Position numbers and translations under genes: made by a program. From contig JYFJ02002666.1 in NCBI GenBank assembly GCA_000934665.2, positions 1-53,071 on the forward strand: a stretch of DNA of 53,071 nt, read 5' to 3'. Shown piece by piece: positions 13,396 through 26,499 of the stretch (positions are counted from its first letter, which is position 1; each line of letters starts with the position of its first letter). The DNA is from Catajapyx aquilonaris. Lineage: Eukaryota. Below the pieces are notes generated by a model. That model was not told the origin of the DNA. It made no database searches and was given only the letters and a program-made list of their open reading frames with translations.

Positions 13396-14600
13396 CTCTC
13401 ATTCAGTTTACACTTACTTTTCCACTTATATGACTAAATAAGTGGAAATCAGATACTTTTATGTGGAAACGCCAAATGTAAGTGGAACGCAGTATATTAT
13501 ATAAATAAGTGGAAAAATTGTCAATAAGTGGAAAGGGAAAATTTCCACTTACCAGTTGACATTCGGGGGCACCGGCGCGGCGGCGGGGACGCTGCACCAG
13601 CAACAACTGATGTGAGTGTTGCGAGTTCACACGGCTGCGACTGTTGCAGACTACCCAGCCTCGCAGAAAGCGGACTCGAATGGTTCCGCTATATTATGAA
13701 AAAAATCTGGCATATCCTAATTCATTTGGACAGATGCTTGGATTTCTGCAGAAAGTTTTTTGTGGTGAGGAATTGAATTTTCCGTTGTCCCAGAAACTTA
13801 ATAGATTCCTGAAGAAAAGAAAATAACTTTGAGTCCATACATGTGGTTATTATTATTACTTTGTTACACAGCTAGTTAGTGTGTGGATATCATACCATTT
13901 TAGGCTTCTCCCTGTTATCATGTTTGCTGGTGTGTGTGTTAAAGATGGGGTGAAATCAAACAATATTACTGTTGTTAAGTAGAATGCATTCTATCAATTT
14001 ATTATAATATTGTATGTGTATATATAGGCCTACTGGCTATAACCGAAGCAGTTTGGAGTAGGGAATAATCGACTGCTAATCGGGAGGTCCTGGGATCAAA
14101 TCCCGGGGCCGGCAACTCTGACCATGGTTTTCTGTGGATTCCCACGGTCCTTCCAGGAAAATTCCGGAATTGTTTTCCGTAATTAATAGGCCACAGCAGC
14201 TTCCTTCCGTTCCTATCCTATCCCAAAAAGCGCAGTAAAATGAAAGCAAATAGTTCCAGGCAAAACAAAAACTTTCCCCCTAAAGAGCAGATAGGCTGAT
14301 AACGAGGTATGAATTATTATTTATTACTGGCTATACAATTATGTGACAATTATATTTATAGTGTAATGGAATGACCGCTGTTACTCTTAAAATCTTAGCC
14401 AGGAACCATATGATATTGTTATAAATGAGTAGTAAATGCATTCTGCTTAATAACAGTAACTTTAGATAAGTGGAAAATACTCGATATTTTCCACTTAAAT
14501 ATGTGGAAATAGGTATTAGTGGAAGCCATTTCCACTTGAAGTAAGTAGAAAATATTGATCATTTTTTACCACTTACATAAGTGGAAACTGAACGAGAGTG
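13396..14600. mobile_element. Non-autonomous DNA element with AAGTGGAAA subterminal repeats, interrupted by a SINE
   Basis: Left end CTCTCATTCAGTTTACACTTA (13396-13416) matches the right end TAAGTGGAAACTGAACGAGAG (14578-14598) at 19/21 as an inverted repeat. Dense AAGTGGAAA/TTTCCACTT arrays lie at 13410-13551 and 14466-14590. Confidence 0.65.
14042..14324 (+). mobile_element. tRNA-derived SINE, copy B
   Basis: Starts ACCGAAGCAG...GACTGCTAATCGGGAGGTCCTGGGATCAAATCCC, body colinear with copy C, short (TTA)n tail. An 11-bp TSD TACTGGCTATA sits at 14031-14041 and 14325-14335. Confidence 0.9.
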
Positions 14601-15084
14601 TCTAGTATTCTTTCAGGAATATACGATACTGCGTAAACAAGGCGTAACTGAATTTTGACCAAATTGTTGTCGAGCATTGCATAAACTGTCTATGATTAAT
14701 CCGAATTGCCTCATGGAACATTAGACCTATCGGTACAGGTTTGGCATAGTTGGACGGTGTTATCCAATAATGGGTCAACCCACAAAAATGTCAAAATTGG
14801 GCTAAGCCCAGGAACATATACCTGTGGATCAAATCCCACCCGGGGACACCCCCTTCATCTCCTGCAGAGTTCAGAGTCACCTCTGGCTTCGTCTCGGGTG
14901 ATATTACCCATATATAGTGATGAAGGACTTTACTACATGACTTTCCTTTGCAAATAATATTTTATGGACAGCATGGGACAGTTTATTAGACCTGATAAAT
15001 GCTGTACACTATCAAGACACTATTCATCTCACCTCTTCTGCGTCGTATTCTTTTTGGGGTTGTACGCGGAACAAAACGGCCACA

Positions 15085-15176
15085 CTTCCACTTAAATAAG
15101 TGGAAAGGAAGTATTTTTCCCATTTATCATGAGTGGAAAAATTATTTATGTATATAGTAGAAACTGAACGAGAGTG
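15085..15176. mobile_element. Solitary second right end of the AAGTGGAAA element
   Basis: Repeats the terminus GAAACTGAACGAGAGTG (followed by TA) and the AAGTGGAAA subterminal motifs seen at 14578-14600. Confidence 0.6.
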
Positions 15177-16454
15177 TATATAGCGGAGAGCCCACCTGAG
15201 ACTGAATCAGAGACGACCCAACACGAGATGGGAGAGTACCATACCATGGCGGCACCGTAAAATTATTTAATAATAAATAAACGCAGTACTCCTTTTGATT
15301 TGTCTAGGGCTCTATGCGAATCTCTAGTTCCTTCAGCGAATTAAGTGTCCTGAAGCAAATATTATAGGCCCGCTCTCTTGGCGGGAAAATTTTTCTTTTC
15401 GTCTTTTTATTTGCATTTAGTACCCAAAACAACTTAGGTAATTATTTCATATCCACTACCTGAATAGTCCCCAAGTTGCACTCTTCCTCTTCCCAAAAGG
15501 AACAATAATGGCATACGTATATTCCTGGCTATCATGATGAGTAGGCTATAGCCTATCCTGCATGCACAGCGATTAAAGGTCTCGTATTTATCCAATCCCT
15601 AACTGTGAATGAGCTGTTCATTCATAGGTTTCTAAACGTGTTAGTCTATACGACATAATGTTGCATATGGTTGCATATGCCTACGTAAGCTATGTTATTT
15701 CTAAAATCCAACAGATATTCTTTAAAACGCTGTAAATTCCTCTATTGTCAGGATGTTGCCATATAGGCCTACAGTTGGCAATGTCACTTAATAAGACATA
15801 AAGGCATGCTTCGCAAATGTATGCAGAGCTCAGCATGACTCAAGTTGGGGGGGGGGGGGATGAGAATACAACATAGAGTAAATGTGAAAATTATTGTGCT
15901 GCACTTGTCCCGCTTAAGAGCGAAAAAAGCGTCAAACAACCTAGATAGACAGGTGTCCAACTCACAGTCAGCAACATTTTAAGGCTTTTTGACGGTTCCA
16001 AAAATAATGTCCAACATAAGGAGGGGGCCAACTTATTAAGGCGTCCAACTTGACATGTTTTACTGTATTTAATCTATAAAATCTTTTCCCTCTCTTTCGT
16101 TAAAGACGGCTGCAAAAGTTAATCACCAGAATAATAAGCGGTGACGTTTCACATGTTGTCAAAGTATGCAACCAACTAGACACTAGAGACAACATGACAA
16201 AATGAGTGACAACAGCTCTTGGTGACAATGTAAGAGGAACACGAAAGTCTCTCACTTCTGTGTCCCTGTGGGGAAGTGAATATTGTAAGAAGAGCACCAA
16301 TCGTCCACCAGGTACCGGTGGTGCTTCGGGTTGCACCCGGAGCCATCTAGTGGGTGTCCCAGAACTTCGACACCTATGTGGAGTCTCTTGGCATATAATA
16401 TTTTGCACTGCCTTATTCACGGGGTCGGAAATTTAATCGCACAATGTATAATGT

Positions 16455-16456
<2 letters not shown>

Positions 16457-16516
<60 letters not shown>
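16457..16516 (+). repeat. (AAT)20 microsatellite
   Basis: Uninterrupted AAT trinucleotide run. Confidence 0.95.
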
Positions 16517-16518
<2 letters not shown>

Positions 16519-17920
16519 AGAGTAGCCTATGCAAGATGTGTAAAAATCTACAAGAGATTCAGCATAGGCTGGCAACCATTTTCATATCGTAGGATAACGT
16601 TTAAAAAAAATACACTATATCCATATAAGTGTTTGAAGTGTTGCCCCTTATACGCAGGATGCTTCATGACAAAATACTTCGCATTTCTGTAGTTCTGCAG
16701 TATTACAGGTAGTCTAATTACTGTACTTTCAGTCTTTCATACTTTTGTTATTTGGACTCGTTGATTCCTTTGACACATCTGAAGAAAGGACATTCCAGAC
16801 TCCTGCTTGGCCTTATAGCATTAATGTAATCCTCCTGCGACACGTCGACACCACAATATTTATTTTTCAGAGACGCCTCCTCTGATGATAATAATTACAC
16901 AAAAAACTATAAGACAGTATAGAGATAGAGTCAACGTTCATTTTTGGAGATTTTAAAAATACTACAGGCAGTATAGGTACTGTTATAATTATAAGTACGA
17001 CACCAATTCTGAATCCGAGACGGTGATGAATTTCTTTACAATTTGAATAATTAATGAGGGACGCCCCAAACACAAGTGATGACATTGATATTGCAAACAT
17101 TGCAATGTGCGATCTAGAACAAATAGCGAATGACATTTACGTAACCTGATCTGTCTGATTATGTTGAAATCATGAATGCTTCGCGTGCAACAGAAATATT
17201 TGCTCCAATTGTGGTTTAGCTATAACTGTTTGATTAATATCTGGCGCAATCCTTTTATCCATTGACATTGACGTCATGAATCTAGTTCCAATCGGAGATA
17301 TCTGCACTCTGTGCTTGTGGTTTACCGCCAATTATGTGCAAGTCATATAGAGCAAGTGTTGACCTTGAAACATAACATCAAATAACGTATATCGACCGCC
17401 CTTGAACTGTTTAACGGCACGTGTCTATATAACAATAATGTTCGTAATTTGTAAAGAGTCAGTCATTTCCATGTAACACAGTGATCACAGTCAAAACTCA
17501 ACAATAAAACACCATTTTTCCCGCGACAAAATTTTACAAATACAGTACCGTATATTGTCAATGCAATGTGCAACGGGCATTACAAGGTTAGAGAGTGACA
17601 CTTGTAAGTTATCCTTTGGCGCAACAGTAATTCGCAGAAAATCAAGCCCAACAATGCAGTATCTGCACCATTGCTATTATCTAACGATTTACGATCAGAC
17701 ACATTATACGACTTCGTCGGAATCGGAGTCAATAGGTAATGCAGAGCATTTGATTCCCTTTTTTTCTGTGGCATACAAGACCATCTGTTCAAATCACGAT
17801 CACTGTCATGGCCTCTCTTCGAACTACGCATATGTGAACCAAGTGGCAAGGTATAACATTTTCCAGATATAAGCCAGTAAGTCGCGTATTTGCAACAATA
17901 CTTATCCGGGCTCCATCATC

Positions 17921-20786
17921 ATGAGAGGGCTCTGCTGGACTTTAGCTACTTCGCTGCTGACATTGTTGGTGCAACTATCAGTTGCCCAAAGTAAGCATAT
18001 GTACTGTACTCTCCAACTCCTATTGTGAAAATTCAATTTGTAATGTTGATATTGCAAGGTAATTTGACAAAAAGGCAATCAGCACTATAGTAAGGTGAAA
18101 ATTACAAGAAAAAAAGCACTAATGGTTGTATAGCGATATGTTTTACCGAAAATTTTGGCTTATTTTTCTATTGTTGCAGATGCAGGCAGTTGGCATCCAT
18201 GCACGCGTTTGTGCAAGCGAAACGACAACAGGACCTGCGAATACACTTTCGTCATCGAAACTTACTTGACTATGAGCGACTTTTGCTTCAACTGTCCCAT
18301 CAACCAGAGGGATTGTTACAACAGAGGCTGCGTCCCTGCAGACGGTTGGGAGCGAGAAATAACCGTCATTAACCGTCAACTCCCAGGACCAGATATTCAG
18401 GTTAGATTTTTATAAGCACACACTGACAGCACAACAATCGAAACGTCATTCCAATCTATAGGTGTGTGAGAATGATACAGTTAAAGTCAATGTGGTTAAT
18501 CGGCTGACTTGCGGCGTGACCATACACTGGCATGGAGAGCACCAGAAAGAGACACCCTACATGGACGGGACACCAATGATTACACAGTGTCCAATAGTTC
18601 CCGGAACGAACTTCTCTTACGAATTTCCAGCGAAAACTATCGGAACACATTTCTACCATTCCCATTCAGGTAATTAGAATTTTTGATCTAATTATTTGGG
18701 CAATCTGAAATTATACTGTTACGGTCCAGGGTTTCAGAAGGACGATGGAGTCGTTGGAGCTTTGATCAATCGCGTACCCAAAGGTGATGATCCAAATGGA
18801 CGAACTTATGACGAGGACCTTCCATCACACGTGGTCATGGTGCAAGACTGGACCCACACGACCACAGAAGCGCACTTCTGGGAGGTTAACAGGCGGGAAC
18901 CTGTACTTCCTCCTCTAGGGATGCTGGTCAATGGATATGGTCGCAACCAGACATACGCGGACGAGGATGGGACCACTTATTTCACCCCACAAGCCAATTT
19001 CAACGTAACTCGGGTAAGGAGAACGTAACCTCGAGAATTTGTTACAGTAAAACATGTCTATGTTGGACACTGACATATTAGATGTCCAACTTCACAGATT
19101 TCACTGTAACACATCACGTGTACAAAACTTTCTTACAGGGTAGACGGTACCGTTTCCGTGTCATATGCAGCGGTATATTTGCCTGTCCCATCCGAATGTC
19201 CATTGATAACCATCGGATGCAAGTTATCGCCTTGGATGGAGCTTCTGTCGAACCCGTATCTGGTAAGCTATTGTTGTTATTTATATATCAACAACACTCA
19301 CGCAGTCTGGTTTTATAGTTGATGCTGTCGATTGCATGTCCGGTGAACGATTTGATTTCGTTCTGAATGCGAACCAAAGCGTTCGAAGATACTATATCAA
19401 GTTCCAAGGACTGGTAGATTGCGCCGATGTTAGTGAAAGAACGTTTCAGACCGCCTACCTGACCTATAATGGTTCAGACCTCGGTTCTGAACCTCCTGGA
19501 GAAAGAAGTTATGACGCGGCAGGCAGAACAGGCACAGTGAGTGTTCATCATCACACATATTGTCAAGAAAAGTTTCCGACAACATATTGCAACTGTCCGA
19601 AACTTTTTCTTAAGATAGATTCTCTTCATGATTTGGACCTGAAGCGACAGTTATATTATTATAAATATTTCAGATATTAAATCCGGCCAATGTCGCTCCT
19701 GGAGGTGCCAACGACATCACCATTGCCAAAGTGAACTCCCACAAGATAACCAAAGATGACGCGGCTGTCACGAAGACTGAAGCAGATTACCAGTTCTTCC
19801 TAGTGACTGATCACAAAAATAAGAGTGTGTCTGACTTCACATACGACACTTTCCCTCTGCTGACATGTAAGTACGGCGACATTCCGAGTGTGTGCACTTC
19901 TGGCAATAAATGTTTATAACTGCTGGTTAGTTTAAGTGTTTGTGACTATTGTGATTTGTGTAACTAACTTGTTACAGTGAGAACACCTGAACCTTATGGA
20001 ATATGGACGCTCCCCATCAATGGAATCAGTTACGTGCCACCATCATATCCTCTGCTGACTGAAGGTTACCTGCGTGACTATTACGACACAGATGATTTTT
20101 GCAACGAAAATACCGTTAACAAGACATACTGTGAACGGTACTACTGCCCTTGCACTCACTTAATTCGATTGCCTTTGAATAGAGTGATTGAGCTGGTCAT
20201 CGTTGACTTGGGTAAGTCACTGATTCAGTTTTTCAAATCTCACTCGAGCTTATTTTTCAAAGAAAGTTTTTGTGAGTCTTCTTTTCTGAAAACACCGTAA
20301 TTTGCAGGTGTACCCTTGAATTCGACTCATCCGTTTCATCTGCATGGCTATTACTTCCGCGTTGTCGCCATGCATCGATTCGGAACTAGTACGACAGTCG
20401 AACAAGTTCGAAACGCTCTTAAGGACGGTACCATCAAGCGTAAGACGTCAAGGACCGCTCTGAAAGACACCGTGAATGTACCTGATGGAGGAGCAGTTGT
20501 CGTACGATTCATCTCCAACAATCCAGGTGTGTGGTGCACATGGAACTGTTAGAATCTCTTATAACAATTTTCTTTTAAATGAACATTATCTTTTTCAGGC
20601 TTTTGGTTTATGCACTGCCATTTGGGAATGCACTTGGAGATTGGGATGGCACTCGTGTTTCAAGTTGGAAGCTATGGCGATATGAATTTGCCTGAATATG
20701 ATGATTACCCCGACAGTGAGGCCAACTACAATGTTTGCGGAAACAAACGAAATAGGCCGGCAACTTTCTATAAAGAAGAACACTAG
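17921..20786 (+). CDS. Secreted multicopper oxidase / laccase-like protein, paralogue 1 (10 exons, ~652 aa)
   Basis: Exons 17921-17990, 18180-18400, 18462-18669, 18730-19013, 19139-19262, 19319-19536, 19674-19866, 19978-20211, 20308-20526 and 20599-20786; all introns GT-AG, frame conserved (1959 nt). Signal-peptide-like start [23 protein letters not shown]; arthropod-type Cys-rich N-terminal region (HPCTRLC...CVPADG); copper motifs HWHG, HSH, HPFHLHG and [17 protein letters not shown] at 17868; AATAAA at 21009. Confidence 0.95.
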
Positions 20787-21766
20787 TATATCATCGTTAC
20801 GCTTGTCTTAAAATTATTAAATCTGATTCTCCAACAGTAGAAAAACATATTCCCGTAAACGCACAGCTGTTACACCGATACTGCACAATCACTGTGTCTG
20901 TGTGTACAATGGGTACGGAGCACCTGGTTGATACAAACAATGGACCAGTCAAATATTTAAGTTAATGCATTGCATCTGTATTGTTACATGATTGCATCAT
21001 ATGTTTCAAATAAAGTGCAGAAGATTGGGGGGGGGGGAAGTAATTAGAAATTCATAAGCGTCCAGTCAGCAAGGAAACTAAATGTTTACACAACCTGTGG
21101 ATATGTTTGTAACCTCTACTTTCAATAAAGTTATCCGATAAAAAGAAATGTGTAACATGTTCGGAAACATTCCAATCCCATTCACAATGTCAAGGTCAAA
21201 ACATGTGTAACTTATTCATCCTTTCCGAAAAATGGTATGCAAATTCTTAACATTTCTCAAGCCATTGAAATCATTGGTAAGTGAGGTGATTAACCGCCAA
21301 CCAGTCAATACTTTATTTACCAAAGCATTGAAAACAGAGTAGCCTTAAAAGACATTTCCTGGTCAAATCCGCCACATGTTTATTTTTCTATCCCTGTCAC
21401 AGCATCAGATTAAGCGTATCTGCAATCAAATTTATGCGGACGCTGAATTAATCGCGTTTCTCACCTGCATCGGCGGAATAGTGTGTCGGTATGTACTGTA
21501 TATATACTCGGCTCAACTTGAATAAAGTTTACTACTGTACCGGACATCAGAGGAATAGACTCATTTCAGTTGCATCAGGTAAATGATAAGTATTTTTCCT
21601 ATAAATTATTAAATTATTTTCTACTCACATATTCGAACCAGAGTCAGAAGTCCATCTAATTCCAGTAGAGCTGTTCACCGTCCAATCGACTGGCGTCATA
21701 GTCCCAGTCACGTCCATCCTCAGCATTGAACTGGTCTGAACACACCTGAAAGTATAGAACAACAGC

Positions 21767-24229
21767 ATGCTGAACAAACGGCTAGTTGTGCTAACTATCT
21801 GGGCCTGGCTTCAAGTAGTGGAGACAAACAGTCAGTTATTTTGATTATATTTAATATTCGGATTTATTCACTTCTGATGCTTTGACCAACCAGAGCGTCA
21901 CCCGTGCCAGCGTGAGTGTACTTCCGATGGACTTTCCAAAGAGTGCTATTACACGTTCGTCATAGAGAGATACCTAACAATGGCTGATTATTGCTTCGAC
22001 TGTCCTTTCAATCAGAGCGCATGTTTCAACAAAGGTTGCGTGCCCGCTGATGGATGGGAGAGAGATGTGACTGTCATCAACAGAGGGCTCCCAGGGCCGG
22101 GTATTCAGGTGATTGTTGTGGAGGACAATAGCGAGAGATGGTAATACTTGATGCACTGTTGCAGGTATGTGTCGGTGACACAGTAGAGGTGACTGTGGTC
22201 AACAGATTGAACTGTGATGTCACCATTCACTGGCACGGGGAACACCAAATTTCAACACCGTACATGGACGGAACGCCGATGGTGACACAGTGTCCTATTG
22301 TACCTTGGACAAACTTTACATACAGCTTCACAGCTGAGACTGTCGGAACTCACTTTTACCACTCACACTCAGGTGAGTTGTTGACAAATGAGTTCCACAA
22401 CTGTACGCTGTTGTGTTCGCAGCTTTTCAGAAAGACGACGGAGTTGTCGGTGCTCTGATACACCGCGAACCAAAGGACGAGGATCCCAATGGAAATACGT
22501 ACGACAAGGACCTTTTCTCTCACATCATGCTAGTGCAGGATTGGACTCACACCACGACAGAGGCTCATTTCATGGAGGTTCAGCGTCCAGAACCGGTGCT
22601 GCCCCCTCTTGGTATGCTAGTCAACGGCCTCGGTGCCAATCGGACCTTTTACAACGATGCTGACGACACCAATTACTACACTCCAGTAGCTCAGTTCAAC
22701 GTGACTAAGGTACAGTTCAATGCTATGGAGAGAAAAAATTGTACAAATTAATAATGTCCATATTTTAGGGTTACAAGTACAGATTCCGTGTGATTGGAAG
22801 TGGAATTTTTGCATGCCCAATCAGAGTGTCAGTAGACAAACACACCATGTTAATTATAGCCTTAGATGGAGCTCCAGTTGAACCTTTCCCAGGTACGGTA
22901 CTTACGATGTAAATTATGCTAAGGTTTACAAGAAATAACTGCTGGTCTTATAACATTTCAGTCGACGCTTTCGATGTTTTATCCGGAGAACGAGTTGACT
23001 TTGTCCTAAATGCCAATCGCAGTGTTGGACGATACTGGATCAAATTTCAAGGACAAATCGACTGCGCTGATAACTCTGAACGAACATTTCAACATGCAAT
23101 TCTCCATTACAGAGGGGCAGATTCTAATTCTGCGCCTCCTGGAAACAGAAGTTACGACACTGCCGGTAGAAGAGGAAGAGTGAGTACATCGTAGGGTACT
23201 AAATGCTTCTAATTCTAATTTTAATGCTTCTGGTTAGCTTCTGAACCCGGCTAATGTTGCTCCTGGAAGAGCCCACCACATAACCATACCGAAAGTGAAT
23301 GCCTCCAGAGCCATACCTGACGACGACAGTCTCAAGAGCAAAGCCGATCACCAGTTCTATCTTGTCACTGACCATAAAGTCCATCGCTTGTCAGATTATA
23401 CTTACGACACCTTCCCACTGATGACTCGTTAGTGTAGCTCTCTAACTTTAATATAGGGTCTCTACTAACAAGTTCGCTTCTTTTAGTACGCACTCCTGAT
23501 GTACCTGGACTGCTTACTCTTCCATTCAACAATATCACATACATTCCACCATCTTATCCACTTCTGACTGAGGGGGATTTACGCGGATTCTACAACAGCA
23601 GCGACTTCTGCAACGAAAACACGATCGACAAGCAATATTGTGCACGACACTTTTGCCCATGCACTCATCTCATTCAAATTCCGGTTAATCGTACAGTGGA
23701 ACTCGTCATAATTGATTTAGGTATCTACGGAACAATCCCAATTAATCCCAAGAGGTAATGTCATAAATGTTAATTCCAGGTGTGCCGTTGAACTCGACCC
23801 ATCCCGTGCACCTTCACGGATACGCTTTTCGAGTGGTGGCAATGCATCGATTCGGAACCAGCACCACTGTTAAGCAAGTCCGAAGAGCATTGTCGGACGG
23901 CACCATAAAGAGGAAGCTGTCCAGGGCACCGCTAAAGGACACTGTGGCTGTCCCAGACGGAGGCGTCACAGTGGTCCGGTTCGTCACCAATAATCCAGGT
24001 GCTGCATTGTTGCACATGTTTTGAAATGTACACTAATTAGAGGATTGCAGGTTTTTGGTTCTTCCACTGCCACCTTGGCATGCACTTGGACATCGGAATG
24101 GCCTTGGTATTCCAGGTCGGAAATTACAGTGATATGAACCTTCCATATCACAATACCGATCCGAAGCATCCGTACAACTATAATGTTTGTGGAAATAAGA
24201 GGTTCCAGCCTGCGACGTTTTATCCATAA
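21767..24229 (+). CDS. Secreted multicopper oxidase / laccase-like protein, paralogue 2 (10 exons, ~645 aa)
   Basis: Exons 21767-21830, 21894-22108, 22165-22372, 22423-22709, 22769-22892, 22962-23179, 23238-23427, 23487-23720, 23780-23998 and 24051-24229; all introns GT-AG, same positions and phases as paralogue 1 (1938 nt). Signal-peptide-like start [20 protein letters not shown]; motifs HWHG, HSH, HPVHLHG and [18 protein letters not shown] at 24610. Confidence 0.95.
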
Positions 24230-26156
24230 AAAAGACTGCATGTGACACATACAGACAATTACGCCACTTGTAGCCTACTAGATTTGCGTCAAGAGCCAAT
24301 CAATTCCAGGCAACTTGAACTTCCTAACATTGTCCGTAGATGGCTCTTCTCTCTGCGCGGGCAGCGAGTCATCACCACCTAGTAGACTTTATGAGAACTA
24401 CAGGAACTAGGTTTCCAGATAATTATTTAAAATATTGTACAATATAGTTTTACCCGGTTTAAATGTAAACTTGTTAATGGATAAAATCACCTGATACGCA
24501 TTTAAAAAAAATACACATCAACTGTCAAAAATGTTCACATGTAAATATTCTTGAACCAAACACCTGTCAATAGATGCATATCTAAAAATCAACGTTAAAA
24601 AAATTTAACAATAAAAAGTATAATGCGAAATAACATCCTCCATAAGTGACAACGCTGTACGACCTTCGTGCCAATTGTCGGAAACAATATACCGTGCCTT
24701 GAACTTATCAAGGCGACCATTGTCCGTCTCACCTTCGCATTTCAACACTTATGATAGTACAGACTTCAGTAATTGACCGTGACATTTCCTCCACACAGAC
24801 GAACACATCGTGATAGAAAGCATCGAATTTCAGTACCGAAAATTGTCAATCTAATTTGTCAACGACACGCCAGACCACACTCTAATTTGCCCCCATGCAT
24901 TACCGTGACGCCAAGGAGGGCCCAACGTTACACTTTTTCTCTCCAGGTCCCTAATTTTGGACACCAAGTAAATGTTCTAATCTGACCGGGTGCTACGACT
25001 CCTAACAATGGCAGTCTCCAATCGAGTAACAATCTCCGAAAACTTCGATTCCCAGTCATGAACTCGTGCAGCATCCCGTCTGACTAATGTCCATGGGAAC
25101 TCCATACACTTGGGAGCTTTTATTCTTCGTCCACTCACGGAAGATTGTATTTCTTGCCCGGAAGGCGCCCACTGACCTCCTTACATGTCTTTAAGTCGTA
25201 CGTGAGACAGATTCGCCTTTATTCATACCGATTCGCCCCAATGCGGATCATCACTGGACATTGAAATCCGAAACAATTAGTAGCATTCGACATTGTTGTG
25301 TTAATTAATCCCCCCTCATTTAATTAGAGCGGAGAATTCTATCAGTAGTCCTATACACAACAATTAGGCATTGTTGAGGTTCAAGGACTGCAGGCGCCTT
25401 TCGTGTAGAGAAACACTTTTGCTTTTGCACCTGCTACACGTTTTCTGGGTCCTCTTCCCTTCGGTGAGACTGCACGAGAGATGCGTGAGTATTTAGTTCA
25501 TGCGTTTCTTGATACCATCTGCAGGAAATTCGGGGGTTGGTAGGTAGGGAGGGAGCTTGTGGGGGGAAGGTGGGGAGGACAACAAAAAAAAGCAGAACAC
25601 ACGCCCTAGTTCACAGGCACTTAAATCTAGGTCTCTTGAAGATCACATGGATTTGTTCTCGTACGCCTCAAACTGCTCCCATCCGACCGCAGCCTTGGAT
25701 ATGATCAAAAGAGCCAGAAAAATGAGTAAACTACAGGGTGGGCCAGAAGCTTTACATGGTAGGAATTCCGACTAACGGTTCTTGGGGAGCCATCACAATT
25801 TGATTTGACTGTACCTTTTTTGTGTGTGTAATTGCAGGGTACGTCAGGCAGTCCGTACAAGAAATTCCACTCTTTTATTTTTATTAGATTAAAAAAAAAC
25901 TAGAAGGCAGGTTAAAAGAGTTGTGTCTCCGTTAGACTTGATGGCTAGTGGAACAAAACAATTTAATTTGTTAAAATTACCCTTTAAATAGCATGCCTTC
26001 ATGTCGTTATCAGATGACCGCACGCCCTTACAAAATTATCATATCTAAACATACCAATCCAACAATTATAACCAAGCTGCGTGTTAATAAATAAACAATT
26101 TTAAGTGGACTACCAGTAATCAACACAACTCACATAGATTAGGAATTTTGGCTAGT

Positions 26157-26190
26157 GAGTTAGGAGGTTAGGAGTTAGGAGTTAGGAGTG
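26157..26190 (+). repeat. Short (TTAGGAG)n tandem repeat
   Basis: GAGTTAGGAGGTTAGGAGTTAGGAGTTAGGAGTG, about four units. Confidence 0.7.
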
Positions 26191-26221
26191 GCTAGGATAT
26201 AGGTCTACATGATTTTGCGTA

Positions 26222-26499
26222 AATCCGGATAGTAGTTAGAACAATCGGAGTCTCATGTCACTTCGGATATAGTAGACCAGAGTCCCACGCCAGCTGATTT
26301 AGCGAATTTTTTAACGTTAATTTCACGTAAAGATGTGTAACGACCATTATTCCGTTGAAACGACATTTTAACGTGAAATTTTCGTTTAAAAGTTGTTACA
26401 ATCGTTAAAATATTGTAGGGGATTATCTTGTAGGGGGACTCTGGCTTACTATATATCCGAAGTTGCATGGGACTCCGATTTTTCTAACTACTCCGGATT
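26222..26499. mobile_element. MITE (~280 bp) with ~65-bp terminal inverted repeats
   Basis: Left AATCCGGATAGTAGTTAGAACAATCGGAGTCTCATGTCACTTCGGATATAGTAGACCAGAGTCCC matches the reverse complement of the right end (AATCCGGAGTAGTTAGAAAAATCGGAGTCCCATGCAACTTCGGATATATAGTAAGCCAGAGTCCC). An inner inverted pair AATTTCACGT / ACGTGAAATT is also present. No clear TSD. Confidence 0.8.

Noticed and set aside
15945..16066. Tigger-like right end (GTCCAAC repeats ending GTTTTACTG-TA)
   Set aside because: No matching left terminus was found, so it is too incomplete to delimit as an element.
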